Position numbers and translations under genes: made by a program
NCBI GenBank assembly: GCA_964553505.1
Contig: CAZKKX010000003.1
Span: forward strand, 1 to 40,933
DNA from: an uncultured Eubacteriales bacterium
GTDB lineage: Bacteria; Bacillota; Clostridia; Peptostreptococcales; JAAYPU01
Reading direction: 5' to 3'
DNA length: 40,933 nt
Shown: positions 1-9,359 of the stretch, piece after piece
Numbering within the stretch: position 1 is the first letter of the stretch
Layout: every line of letters starts with the position of its first letter
Notes under the pieces: model-generated
Seen by the model: the letters and a program-made list of their open reading frames with translations, nothing else
The model's database searches: none
What the model was told of the DNA's origin: nothing

Positions 1-2
1 AA

Positions 3-593
3 GTATTATTGTGTTATCCGGGCGTTCATGCTTTGATTTCACATAGAATAGCACATACTTTTTTTAATAAGGGATTAAAATTGTTTGCGAGACTTATTTC
101 CCAATTTTCAAGATTCATTACTGGAATTGAAATACATCCGGGGGCTAAAATAGGAAAAGGATGTTTTATCGATCATGGTATGGCCGTAGTAATAGGGGAG
201 ACAACAGAAATTGGTGAAGATGTGACCATATACCAAGCAGTTACCCTTGGAGGAACCGGAAAGGATGTTGGGAAAAGGCATCCTACCATTGGAAATAATG
301 TAGTTGTAAGCAGCGGGGCTAAGGTGTTGGGTCCTTTTATTGTTGGAGATAATTCTAAGATTGGTGCCGGATCTGTTGTTCTTGAAGCAGTACCGCCAAA
401 TTGCACGGTTGTCGGAGTTCCGGGTCGTGTGGTAAAAAAAGGCGGTGAAAGAATAGAAAAGGCGGATCTTGATCAAGTACATCTTCCGGATCCTATTATG
501 CAGGAACTTGAGTGTTTAAGAAGAAGGATTGTTCTTCTTGAGAATAAACTGAATAACGCAAATAAGGAGGTAAATAGAAATGAAGATTTATAA
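3..593 (+). CDS. cysE: Serine O-acetyltransferase (5' end truncated by window edge)
   Basis: Hexapeptide-repeat motifs [32 protein letters not shown]; directly upstream of and overlapping cysS; the frame is open back to the window start. Confidence 0.95.
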   Translation, partial: VLLCYPGVHALISHRIAHTFFNKGLKLFARLISQFSRFITGIEIHPGAKIGKGCFIDHGMAVVIGETTEIGEDVTIYQAVTLGGTGKDVGKRHPTIGNNVVVSSGAKVLGPFIVGDNSKIGAGSVVLEAVPPNCTVVGVPGRVVKKGGERIEKADLDQVHLPDPIMQELECLRRRIVLLENKLNNANKEVNRNEDL

Positions 594-1986
594 TACTTTA
601 ACCAGAAAAAAAGAAGAATTCGTTCCTTTAGATGAAAATGAAATCAAAGTATATGTTTGCGGACCGACGGTTTACAATTATTTTCATATTGGCAATGCAA
701 GACCCTTTGTTGTTTTTGATACGTTGAGAAAATATCTGGAATATAAGGGTTATAGAGTGAAATATGTTCAAAACTTTACGGATGTGGACGATAAAATAAT
801 TAAACGTGCAAAAGAAGAAGGGATTCAAGCGTCCGAAGTCGGCGAGAAATATATTAAAGAGTATTTTAAGGATGCTGAGGCGTTAAATGTGAAACATGCG
901 ACACTGCACCCCAGAGTAACAGAAAACATGACCGATATCATCAATTTTATTGAAGCACTTATAGAAAAGGGCTTTGCTTATGAGGTCAATGGAGACATTT
1001 ATTATGATACGGAAAAATTCAACGATTATGGAAAACTTTCCAGACAGAATATGAAGGATTTGGATTCGGGAGCAAGAATCGAAGTGGACACCAGAAAAAG
1101 GAATCCTATGGATTTTGCTCTATGGAAAGCTCAAAAAACAAAAGAAGAAATATCCTGGAAATCTCCATGGGGAAAAGGGAGACCGGGATGGCATATTGAA
1201 TGTTCGGTCATGTCTACCAAATACTTGGGGGAAACCATAGACATACATGCAGGAGGACAGGACTTGATATTTCCTCATCATGAAAATGAGATTGCTCAAA
1301 GTGAGGCTCTTTCAGGAAAACCCTTGGCTAACTACTGGATGCATAATGAATTCATTAATATAGACAATGAAAAAATGTCAAAGTCAAAAGGAAATTTTTT
1401 TATGGTCAGAGATATTTTAAAAGAATATGATCCGGAAGTTGTTAGGTTTTTTCTAATATCAGGGCATTACAGGAGTCCTATTAATTTCAGCAGAGAACTG
1501 ATGATGCAGGCTAAAAATTCTCTTACAAGGCTGAATAATGCAAAAACAAATATGATACATTATTTGAATGAAGCACAGGATTATAATATGTCTTCGGAGG
1601 AGTCAAAAAAACTGAAAGAAATTTTCATGTATAAGGAAAAATTTTGTGAGGCAATGGAGGATGATTTAAATACTGCGGATGCTGTCAGTGTTGTGTTTGA
1701 ATTGGTAAGAGATATCAATACTTTTGTTACGGAGAAGTCGTCGAAGGTTTTTGTACAAGAACTTTATCGGTTGTTCATGGAACTTGTAGGAGTACTGGGG
1801 CTTTTACAGAAAGAAGAAGCTCAAGAGATAGATGAAGAGATATTAGAGTTGATAGAAGAAAGGCAAAAAGCTCGAAAAGAAAGAAATTTCACACGTGCTG
1901 ATGACATCAGGGATGAATTAAAAGCAAAAGGCATTACCCTTGAGGATACATCACAAGGAGTAAGGATTGTAAAAAACGAACACTGA
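580..1986 (+). CDS. cysS: Cysteine--tRNA ligase
   Basis: [22 protein letters not shown] and KMSKS class I aaRS motifs; SD AAGGAGG upstream. Confidence 0.98.
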   Translation: MKIYNTLTRKKEEFVPLDENEIKVYVCGPTVYNYFHIGNARPFVVFDTLRKYLEYKGYRVKYVQNFTDVDDKIIKRAKEEGIQASEVGEKYIKEYFKDAEALNVKHATLHPRVTENMTDIINFIEALIEKGFAYEVNGDIYYDTEKFNDYGKLSRQNMKDLDSGARIEVDTRKRNPMDFALWKAQKTKEEISWKSPWGKGRPGWHIECSVMSTKYLGETIDIHAGGQDLIFPHHENEIAQSEALSGKPLANYWMHNEFINIDNEKMSKSKGNFFMVRDILKEYDPEVVRFFLISGHYRSPINFSRELMMQAKNSLTRLNNAKTNMIHYLNEAQDYNMSSEESKKLKEIFMYKEKFCEAMEDDLNTADAVSVVFELVRDINTFVTEKSSKVFVQELYRLFMELVGVLGLLQKEEAQEIDEEILELIEERQKARKERNFTRADDIRDELKAKGITLEDTSQGVRIVKNEH

Positions 1987-1994
1987 GGTAAAAA

Positions 1995-2426
1995 ATGAAA
2001 GAGATTGAAGATGTTTTGAGATTACAGTATACTGGCATTAACCCCAAAGATGTTAACCCGATGGTTTTGGCTTATCTCGGAGATGCGATTTATGAATTGT
2101 TTATTAGAAGTATTGTGGTTAAAGCCAATAGATCAAAAGTTCGTGAGTTACATAAGCTTACTGTGGGTTTTGTAAAGGCAGAAAGCCAAGCAAAAGCATT
2201 AAAATTGGTGCAAAATATGCTGACGGAAGAAGAAATGGGTATTGTCAGAAGAGGAAAGAATCATAAAGTGTCATCAATACCTAAGAATATAGGAGTTATG
2301 GAATATAAAATGGCAACAGGGTTTGAAGCTTTATTAGGATATTTATATTTACTTAATAAAGGAGAAAGACTTCAGGAACTTATGGAAAAATCAATAACAA
2401 CACATATGAAAGAAAGGAAAGTTTGA
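1995..2426 (+). CDS. mrnC: Mini-ribonuclease III
   Basis: LAYLGDAIYEL and ATGFEALLGYLYL RNase III signatures, 143 aa, canonical position after cysS. Confidence 0.93.
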   Translation: MKEIEDVLRLQYTGINPKDVNPMVLAYLGDAIYELFIRSIVVKANRSKVRELHKLTVGFVKAESQAKALKLVQNMLTEEEMGIVRRGKNHKVSSIPKNIGVMEYKMATGFEALLGYLYLLNKGERLQELMEKSITTHMKERKV

Positions 2427-2439
2427 GGGGGACATAAGG

Positions 2440-2808
2440 ATGAATCCAAGAGAAAAGAGCATGCTTATTGTTACTTTGGCGTTAATCGTCATTTTAGTAG
2501 GAAAATCCTTGTTTTTTGATGAAGTGAAAAATCTTACAGATGAGGAGCAGGAATTCAAAACATTTGTAGAGTATTCTGTTTCTGAAAAATATAACGGGAA
2601 ATTGCAACAATTCCACATCATAACTTACCGAGTATTTGATATTTTTGTTGCGGATAATCAAAAGAAGACCAACATTATATATGAAGATCCGGATACAGGT
2701 CAGGAAATCAATAAAATCCTTGATGTAAGGTATACGGCTCAAGTCAGAAGTTATCTTTTGGGAATACTCCCCTTTAAACAATTTTCGGTAACGGCAAAAG
2801 AGATTTGA
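2440..2808 (+). CDS. Hypothetical protein with an N-terminal membrane anchor or signal peptide
   Basis: 122-aa ORF with SD-like GAGGGGG upstream; hydrophobic N-terminus LIVTLALIVILVGKSLFF; fills the gap between mrnC and thyA. Confidence 0.75.
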   Translation: MNPREKSMLIVTLALIVILVGKSLFFDEVKNLTDEEQEFKTFVEYSVSEKYNGKLQQFHIITYRVFDIFVADNQKKTNIIYEDPDTGQEINKILDVRYTAQVRSYLLGILPFKQFSVTAKEI

Positions 2809-2890
2809 CCTAAGACCTCCAAAGCTTCCATCGTGTCATCTAATTAAAATAATAAATCTTAGATCACTAATCTAAAAGGAGGATTTTACA

Positions 2891-3721
2891 ATGAGCAGAG
2901 CGGATAAGATTTTTATTTCCATGTGCAAAGATATTCTGGAAAATGGTTTTTCTTCTGAGGGAGAAAATGTGCGTGCCAAGTGGGAAGACGGGACGCCGGC
3001 TCATACCATAAAAAAATTCGGAGTTATAAATCGATATGACCTTTCGGAGGAATTTCCCATCCTTACTCTTAGACCGACTAACCTTAAAGCGGCAATTGAT
3101 GAGATTCTTTGGATATGGCAAAAAAAATCCAATAATATTCATGAGTTAAACAGCCATATTTGGGACAGTTGGGCGGATGAGAAAGGTTCAATCGGCAAAG
3201 CATACGGATATCAATTAGGAATAAAGCATAAGTACCCGGAAGGAGATTTTGATCAAGTAGACCGAGTTCTTTACGACTTAAAGCATAACCCATACAGCAG
3301 AAGAATCATGACCAACATCTATAATCACAATGATTTACATGAAATGAACTTATATCCCTGCGCTTACAGTATGACTTTTAATGTAACAGGCAAAAAATTG
3401 AATGCTGTTTTAAATCAGAGATCCCAAGATACACTGGTAGCTAATAATTGGAATGTATGTCAATATGCAGTTTTGGTACACATGTTTGCCCAGGTAAACG
3501 GTCTTGAAGCAGGTGAATTTATACATGTTATAGCAGACGCTCACATTTATGACAGACATATTCCTATAATTAAGGAGCTAATTGAAAGAAAGCCTTACCC
3601 TGCTCCTAAGTTTCGTATGAATCCTGAAGCAAGATCATTTTATAGCTTTAAAGTGGACGACTTTATATTAGAAAACTATCAAAGAGGTGAACAAATTAAA
3701 AGAATTCCCGTTGCAATATGA
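2891..3721 (+). CDS. thyA: Thymidylate synthase ThyA
   Basis: FPILTLR, IWDSWADE, SRR, catalytic PC (LYPCAY), QRSQD, DAHIYDRH motifs; SD AAGGAGG. Confidence 0.96.
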   Translation: MSRADKIFISMCKDILENGFSSEGENVRAKWEDGTPAHTIKKFGVINRYDLSEEFPILTLRPTNLKAAIDEILWIWQKKSNNIHELNSHIWDSWADEKGSIGKAYGYQLGIKHKYPEGDFDQVDRVLYDLKHNPYSRRIMTNIYNHNDLHEMNLYPCAYSMTFNVTGKKLNAVLNQRSQDTLVANNWNVCQYAVLVHMFAQVNGLEAGEFIHVIADAHIYDRHIPIIKELIERKPYPAPKFRMNPEARSFYSFKVDDFILENYQRGEQIKRIPVAI

Positions 3722-3730
3722 GGAGGTAAT

Positions 3731-4243
3731 ATGAAAGCGATTGTGGCTGTAGATTTAAATTGGGGAATTGGTTTTCAGGGTCAACTTTTGGAGCGAATTC
3801 CGGAGGACATGAAATTTTTTAAAGAAAAGACATTGGGGAAAAACATTATAATGGGCAGAGAAACTTTGGAATCACTGCCGGGGAAAAAACCTTTAAAAGA
3901 CAGAACAAATATAGTATTAACTACAAACCGGAGCTATAACAATGAAAATATAAAAATATGTCACTCTTTAAAAGAATTGTTTCAAGAAACTGAAAAGTAT
4001 GCTAAAGAAGAAGTGTTTGTGATAGGAGGAGAATCCGTTTATTCTCAGCTCTTATCTTATTGTTCGGAATGCTATGTTACAAAAATAGAAAACACTTATG
4101 AAGCAGATAAATATTTTACCGATTTAGACAAGGAAAACATTTGGAAACTGGTTTGGCAAAGTGAAGAGAAAAAATATAATGATATTTCATTTAAATTTGC
4201 AAAATATATTAATGAGAACCCCAAAAGGCAGAATAGAATATAG
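3731..4243 (+). CDS. folA: Dihydrofolate reductase
   Basis: AIVAVD-x-NWGIG, IPEDMKFFK, IMGRET, KPLKDRTNIVL, VIGG motifs; directly after thyA. Confidence 0.95.
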   Translation: MKAIVAVDLNWGIGFQGQLLERIPEDMKFFKEKTLGKNIIMGRETLESLPGKKPLKDRTNIVLTTNRSYNNENIKICHSLKELFQETEKYAKEEVFVIGGESVYSQLLSYCSECYVTKIENTYEADKYFTDLDKENIWKLVWQSEEKKYNDISFKFAKYINENPKRQNRI

Positions 4244-4290
4244 GTATAAATAACTATTTTGCAAAGGACATTATTAAAGGAGATTTAGTA

Positions 4291-5028
4291 ATGAGCGATA
4301 TTATCGAAGGTAGAAATCCCGTGATGGAAGCACTGAAAGCTGAACGGCAAATAGAAAAGATAATGGTTGCAAAAGGTGCGGATCAAGGATCTATAAAGAA
4401 AATCATTGCAAAGGCAAAAAATAGCGGGATTCCGGTTCAATTTGTAGAGAAACCCTTCATAGACAAACATGCTGCAACAGGAGCACATCAGGGAGTAATA
4501 GCTTATGTGGCGGCATATGAATACTCGGAACTGGAAGACATTGTTTTCAAAGCGCAGTCAAATAAAGAAGACTTATTTATCATTATATTGGACGGAATAG
4601 AAGACCCCCATAATTTAGGAGCGATTATTCGAACTGCGGATGCTGCAGGCGTACATGGCGTCATTATCCCCAAAAGGCATGCGGCAGGACTTACATCTAC
4701 GGCTGTAAAAGCTTCTGCTGGGGCAGTTGAGTATGTTCCTGTTGTCAGAGTATCGAATATTGTTCAGACAATCCGCAAATTGAAAGATTTGGGCGTTTGG
4801 ATTGCAGCAGCGGATATGGAGGGCGTTGAGCTTTTCGGTACAAGTATGACCGGAAAGATTGCATTGGTTGTAGGAAGCGAGGGCAGAGGCATAGGCAGGT
4901 TGATAAAAGAAACCTGTGATTTTGCAGTCAGACTTCCAATGTGCGGAAAAATCCATTCTCTTAATGCTTCAGCTGCTGCCGCCGTTTTAATGTATGAAGT
5001 TGTAAGACAAAGAAGTCAAAGCAAGTAA
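4291..5028 (+). CDS. rlmB: 23S rRNA (guanosine-2'-O)-methyltransferase, TrmH/RlmB family
   Basis: GRNPVMEAL, HQGVIA, DPHNLGAIIRTA, GSEGRG, SLNAS SPOUT motifs; conserved position before yacP-sigH. Confidence 0.93.
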   Translation: MSDIIEGRNPVMEALKAERQIEKIMVAKGADQGSIKKIIAKAKNSGIPVQFVEKPFIDKHAATGAHQGVIAYVAAYEYSELEDIVFKAQSNKEDLFIIILDGIEDPHNLGAIIRTADAAGVHGVIIPKRHAAGLTSTAVKASAGAVEYVPVVRVSNIVQTIRKLKDLGVWIAAADMEGVELFGTSMTGKIALVVGSEGRGIGRLIKETCDFAVRLPMCGKIHSLNASAAAAVLMYEVVRQRSQSK

Positions 5029-5034
5029 TTGACA

Positions 5035-5224
5035 AGATAAACAGATAATAGATAATGGTTAAGGAAAGTTTTACAAGGCAAAACTAATAATAAGCGGAGA
5101 ATGAGATATACATAGTAGTAATTATGACAATCCGTAAAATATAATCTATAATCCATAAACCATAATCCATAATCTATAATCCATAAACCATAATCCATAA
5201 TCTATAATCCATAATCTATAAACT
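5035..5224. repeat. Heptamer-arm element, copy 1: short left arm (AGATAAT x2), degenerate core hairpin AGTTTT-ACAAGGC-AAAACT (5067-5085), right array of 12 x ATAA(T/A)C(C/T) (5141-5224)
   Basis: Read directly: ataatct ataatcc ataaacc ataatcc ataatct ataatcc ataaacc ataatcc ataatct ataatcc ataatct ataaact. Confidence 0.85.
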
Positions 5225-5237
5225 AATAAAAGGATGA

Positions 5238-5768
5238 ATGTCATTGAAACGGTATCTTCTTATCGATGGATATAATATAATAAACGCTTGGCCGGTATTG
5301 AAGGAGTTTGCAAAAAATTCATTAGAAGATGCACGAGATCAATTGATTCAGATGCTTGTAGACTATAAAGCTTTTACAGATCAAAATATTTGGGTTATTT
5401 TTGATGCACATCAGGTAAAGGGCGGAGATAACAGAAAAATGAATGTAAAAGGCATTCATATTGTTTATACTAAAGAAAATCAAACGGCAGATTCATTTAT
5501 CGAAGTAAAAACCTCTGAGTTGACTAAAAAAAGATTTAATGAAGTAAGAGTTGCAACTTCAGATTGGGCGGAGCAGCAGGTAGTGATGGGGAGTGGAGCA
5601 TCTCGACTTTCTGCGAGGGAACTCCTCATTGAAATTGAAGATAATACCAAGAGAATTGTTAAAAAAACTGAGACAATAAATAGTTCCAGATATTTTTTAA
5701 GTGACAGAATCGATAAAAAAATCGTAAAAAAGTTAGAGGAATGGAGAAAGGAGAAGAATAATCGTTGA
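5238..5768 (+). CDS. rae1: NYN-domain ribonuclease, YacP/Rae1 family
   Basis: LLIDGYNII, VIFDAH, TADSFIE, VATSD NYN_YacP motifs; between rlmB and sigH; the start may be TTG at 5244. Confidence 0.9.
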   Translation: MSLKRYLLIDGYNIINAWPVLKEFAKNSLEDARDQLIQMLVDYKAFTDQNIWVIFDAHQVKGGDNRKMNVKGIHIVYTKENQTADSFIEVKTSELTKKRFNEVRVATSDWAEQQVVMGSGASRLSARELLIEIEDNTKRIVKKTETINSSRYFLSDRIDKKIVKKLEEWRKEKNNR

Positions 5769-5793
5769 CGATTATAAAGCCTTAAGGTATAAT
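5765..5793 (+). promoter_or_regulatory. SigA-type promoter for sigH
   Basis: TTGACG(5765-5770)-17 nt-TATAAT(5788-5793); the -35 box overlaps the rae1 stop codon. Confidence 0.75.
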
Positions 5794-5887
5794 AAATATA
5801 CTTATTGCAATGGGTTTGAGTGTTTTTAACAAATTTCGACAAAATGTATAAAATTGAATAATGGCGAGATTTTCAGGAGGGATGAGG

Positions 5888-6538
5888 GTGGATCAAACGG
5901 TACCATTTGTAAGAGACGAATTAATCGATTATGCCGAATTTAAAGATGAAGAGATTGTTAGATTTGCAAGGCAGGGAAATGTTTACGCAGAAGAATCACT
6001 GATTCAGAAATATAAAAAATTTGTTAAAAACAAAGCAAAAGCATATTTTCTAATAGGGGCGGACAGAGAAGATATTATTCAGGAAGGAATGATCGGACTT
6101 TTCAAAGCCATAAGAGATTTTGACGAATCCAAACTGGCAACCTTCAAGGCCTTTGCTGAAATGTGTATTACCCGGCAAATAATTACGGCAATAAAAAGTG
6201 CCACACGTCAAAAACATATTCCTTTAAATTCATATGTATCGTTAAGCAAACCCATTTACGAAGAAAATTCCGAGAGAACCTTGATGGACATGCTTTCGTC
6301 AGAGAAGGTAACAGACCCTGAAACCATTATTGTTTTCAAGGAGGAGATTGATTACATAGAATCAAAAGTTGCCGGTTCTTTAAGCAAATTGGAGTGGAAG
6401 GTCCTGAGAGAATATTTGTTGGGCAAATCTTATCAGGAGATTGCTGAGAATATGGACAAGCCCATAAAATCCATTGATAATGCATTGCAACGTGTTAAAA
6501 GAAAACTCGAAGCCTATGTGGAGAATCGCAGATACTAA
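5888..6538 (+). CDS. sigH: RNA polymerase sigma-H factor
   Basis: YFLIGADREDIIQEGMIGLFKAIRD, RQKHIPLNSYVSL, KSIDNALQRVKRKL; GTG at 5888 is 7 nt after GGAGG (ORF track starts at 5861). Confidence 0.95.
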   Translation: MDQTVPFVRDELIDYAEFKDEEIVRFARQGNVYAEESLIQKYKKFVKNKAKAYFLIGADREDIIQEGMIGLFKAIRDFDESKLATFKAFAEMCITRQIITAIKSATRQKHIPLNSYVSLSKPIYEENSERTLMDMLSSEKVTDPETIIVFKEEIDYIESKVAGSLSKLEWKVLREYLLGKSYQEIAENMDKPIKSIDNALQRVKRKLEAYVENRRY

Positions 6539-6591
6539 AATATACCTTATAATTTATTAAACATACCATGATGGGCAGTATATATTTATTG

Positions 6592-6620
6592 TTGACAGGA
6601 CCTGTTGTTAATAGTACAAT
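6592..6620 (+). promoter_or_regulatory. SigA-type promoter for tRNA-Thr-tuf
   Basis: TTGACA(6592-6597)-17 nt-TACAAT(6615-6620). Confidence 0.75.
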
Positions 6621-6696
6621 AAGTAGCGATAAATATACAGATTTCTGGCTTTTTGAAGCCGTTTTTTATGTGCAAAAAGCCGGATTAAGAATAAAT

Positions 6697-6773
6697 GCCC
6701 ATGTGGCTCAGTAGGTTAGAGCGTCGCCTTGGTAAGGCGGAGATCGGCGGTTCGAATCCGCTCATGGGCTCCA
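6697..6773 (+). tRNA. tRNA-Thr(GGT)
   Basis: Cloverleaf: acceptor GCCCATG/CATGGGC, D-stem GCTC/GAGC, anticodon loop TTGGTAA (GGT at 6731-6733), T-loop TTCGAAT, encoded CCA. Confidence 0.95.
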
Positions 6774-6825
6774 ATTAAATAAATATTATATTTTTTTCAT
6801 TTGTTTTGCTAAGGAGGATTAAAAA

Positions 6826-8019
6826 ATGGGAAAAGCAAAATTTGAAAGAAACAAACCTCATGTAAACATTGGAACAATAGGACACGTAGATCACGGAAAA
6901 ACAACATTGACAGCAGCTATTACAAAAACATTACACTTAAGATATGGGCTTGGAGGCGAAATTGCATTCGACGAAATCGACAAAGCGCCGGAAGAGAAAG
7001 AAAGAGGAATCACAATATCTACAGCACATGTAGAATACGAAACACCAAACAGACACTATGCACATGTAGACTGTCCAGGACATGCTGACTATGTAAAGAA
7101 CATGATAACAGGAGCCGCACAGATGGATGGAGCTATCATGGTAGTGGCTGCCACAGACGGACCGATGCCTCAGACAAGAGAACATATTCTGTTATCCAGA
7201 CAGGTAGGAGTTCCTTACATTGTGGTATTTCTGAACAAATGTGACATGGTAGACGATGAAGAATTATTGGATTTGGTGGAAATGGAAGTAAGAGAACTTC
7301 TTGATGAATATGAATTCCCAGGAGATGATACACCGGTCATCAGAGGATCTGCTCTTGAAGCATTGAATAATCCCGAAGGACCATGGGGAGATAAAATCAT
7401 AGAACTTTATGAAGCCGTAGATTCATATATTCCTGAACCTGAAAGAGACACAGACAAACCGTTCCTGATGCCGGTAGAAGATGTATTCTCCATCACGGGA
7501 AGAGGAACGGTAGCAACAGGAAAAGTAGACAGAGGGATACTTAAAGTTCAGGACGAGGTAGAAATCGTAGGGTTGACAGATGAAGCGAGAAAAGTTGTGG
7601 TAACAGGAGTAGAAATGTTCAGAAAACTATTGGATCAGGCACAGGCCGGGGACAATGTAGGCGTACTTTTAAGAGGCGTACAAAGAACAGAGATCGAAAG
7701 AGGACAGGTACTTGCAGCACCGAAGACCATCAAACCCCATACAAAATTCAATGCTCAGGTATACGTATTGAAAAAAGAAGAAGGCGGAAGACACACACCG
7801 TTCTTTAACGGATACAGGCCACAGTTTTATTTTAGGACAACAGACGTTACAGGAACAGTAAAATTGCCCGAAGGCACAGAAATGTGTATGCCTGGCGATC
7901 ATATCAAAATGGATATTGAACTGATTACACCTATTGCAATGGAAGAAGGCTTAAGATTTGCCATAAGAGAAGGCGGAAGAACGGTTGCTTCCGGAGTTGT
8001 AACATCTGTTATCGAATAA
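6826..8019 (+). CDS. tuf: Elongation factor Tu (copy 1)
   Basis: [31 protein letters not shown] motifs. Confidence 0.99.
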   Translation: MGKAKFERNKPHVNIGTIGHVDHGKTTLTAAITKTLHLRYGLGGEIAFDEIDKAPEEKERGITISTAHVEYETPNRHYAHVDCPGHADYVKNMITGAAQMDGAIMVVAATDGPMPQTREHILLSRQVGVPYIVVFLNKCDMVDDEELLDLVEMEVRELLDEYEFPGDDTPVIRGSALEALNNPEGPWGDKIIELYEAVDSYIPEPERDTDKPFLMPVEDVFSITGRGTVATGKVDRGILKVQDEVEIVGLTDEARKVVVTGVEMFRKLLDQAQAGDNVGVLLRGVQRTEIERGQVLAAPKTIKPHTKFNAQVYVLKKEEGGRHTPFFNGYRPQFYFRTTDVTGTVKLPEGTEMCMPGDHIKMDIELITPIAMEEGLRFAIREGGRTVASGVVTSVIE

Positions 8020-8052
8020 ATAAATTGGTTTATAACTTTGAATCAGTAAAAT

Positions 8053-8084
8053 AAATAGCCGGGGAATAATACCGGCTATTTTTC
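8053..8084 (+). terminator. Intrinsic terminator after tuf copy 1
   Basis: AAATAGCCGG/CCGGCTATTT stem followed by a T-run. Confidence 0.75.
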
Positions 8085-8178
8085 TGGTTTTGATGGTGAA
8101 ATATACAAGTTTTGTTTAGGAACATTGATTTGTAGATTTCTCTTACTTCAATTAAGAGATTTGTATAAATAATTCTTA

Positions 8179-8207
8179 TTGACATGCTTAAAAATCTGTG
8201 ATAGCTT
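8179..8207 (+). promoter_or_regulatory. SigA-type promoter for rpmG-secE-nusG
   Basis: TTGACA(8179-8184)-17 nt-TAGCTT with extended TGn. Confidence 0.6.
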
Positions 8208-8293
8208 ATATAAGTACCCTTAAAAGTAAATGATATAATAGTGGACAGTATGTCATCGTATATAGAGCAATTATTTGTTAGGAGGTATAGAAA

Positions 8294-8443
8294 ATGAGAG
8301 TAAGGGTAACCTTAGCATGTACAGAATGCAAACAAAGAAATTACAACACGACAAAAAATAAAAAAAATGACCCTGATCGTATTGAATTAAAGAAATACTG
8401 TAGATTTTGCAAAACGCACACGCTCCATAAGGAGACAAAATAA
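8294..8443 (+). CDS. rpmG: 50S ribosomal protein L33 (Zn-ribbon type)
   Basis: Hand translation (absent from the ORF track): [49 protein letters not shown]; SD AGGAGG. Confidence 0.97.
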   Translation: MRVRVTLACTECKQRNYNTTKNKKNDPDRIELKKYCRFCKTHTLHKETK

Positions 8444-8466
8444 TTTCTGTTAAGGAAGTGAGTTAA

Positions 8467-8679
8467 ATGAGTAAGTTAACAGAATCCAGAGGGAAACCCG
8501 TTAAATTTTTTAAAAATGTAAGATTCGAAATGAAAAAAGTCGTTTGGCCCAACAGATCAGAATTGATATCTTATACGGGCGTTGTACTTTTTACCTGTGC
8601 TGTTTTTGGATTAGGTATATGGCTGGCAGATTCCATTTTCAGTGGGGCCCTTAAAGTCATTCTGGATATAAATTTTTAG
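8467..8679 (+). CDS. secE: Preprotein translocase subunit SecE
   Basis: EMKKVVWP motif plus one TM helix; between rpmG and nusG. Confidence 0.93.
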   Translation: MSKLTESRGKPVKFFKNVRFEMKKVVWPNRSELISYTGVVLFTCAVFGLGIWLADSIFSGALKVILDINF

Positions 8680-8725
8680 TTGAAAAGGAGGGAAGAGTGG
8701 AATCACTCGATTCTACTCCTTAAGT

Positions 8726-9244
8726 ATGTCTGAAGATGCAAAATGGTATGTTGCACATACATATTCGGGACATGAAAATAAAGTAAAGGCCAATCTGGAA
8801 AAAATTGTAGAAAACAGAGGTATGCAGGATATTATATTAGATATTGTCGTGCCTACTGAAGACAGAATTGAAGTAAAGAATGGTCAGAGAAAAATAAAAA
8901 CACGTAAAATGTTTCCCGGTTATGTAGTTGTAAAGATGCATATGAATGATGAATCATGGTATGTGATTCGCAATACTCAGGGTGTAACCGGATTTGTAGG
9001 TCCAGGTTCAAAACCGATTCCTTTAACAGATGATGAAGTAAGAAAGATGGGCATTGAAAAAATATCTTATGAGCTGGATGTGGCTCCGGGGGATAACGTG
9101 AAAGTTATTTCCGGTCCTTTTGAAAGCTTTATGGGGACAATTGAGGAAGTGAACCCGGAAAAGCAAACCCTAAAAGTATTAATTTCCATGTTTGGAAGAG
9201 AAACGCCGGTAGAATTGGAATTTAACCAGATAGATAAACTGTAA
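8726..9244 (+). CDS. nusG: Transcription termination/antitermination factor NusG
   Basis: WYVAHTYSGHENKV, FPGYV, RNTQGVTGFVG, KOW domain ending in FGRETPVEL. Confidence 0.98.
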   Translation: MSEDAKWYVAHTYSGHENKVKANLEKIVENRGMQDIILDIVVPTEDRIEVKNGQRKIKTRKMFPGYVVVKMHMNDESWYVIRNTQGVTGFVGPGSKPIPLTDDEVRKMGIEKISYELDVAPGDNVKVISGPFESFMGTIEEVNPEKQTLKVLISMFGRETPVELEFNQIDKL

Positions 9245-9359
9245 TAGGTAGTGATTAGTGAATGTTGATTTTGCCGGAGCTAAATTTTTGTAGAAAACAT
9301 TATTTTAGGTGAAGAGCGAAAGTGACCAATGCTATCCTCTGTGCACAATAGGAGAATAG

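Noticed and set aside
5016-5198. Minus-strand 60-aa ORF MDYGLWIIDYGLWFMDYRL...
   Set aside because: The 7-residue periodicity is simply the translation of the 7-nt repeat; it has no SD and is antisense to the operon.
5141-5224. Possible CRISPR array (also 40487-40542)
   Set aside because: Contiguous 7-mers with no unique spacers, and no cas genes in the window.
9308-9327. GGTGAAGAGC-GAAA-GTGACC, a second K-turn-like mini-motif in the nusG-rplK spacer
   Set aside because: It needs a 4-nt bulge and has only 2-bp stems, which is too weak without comparative data.
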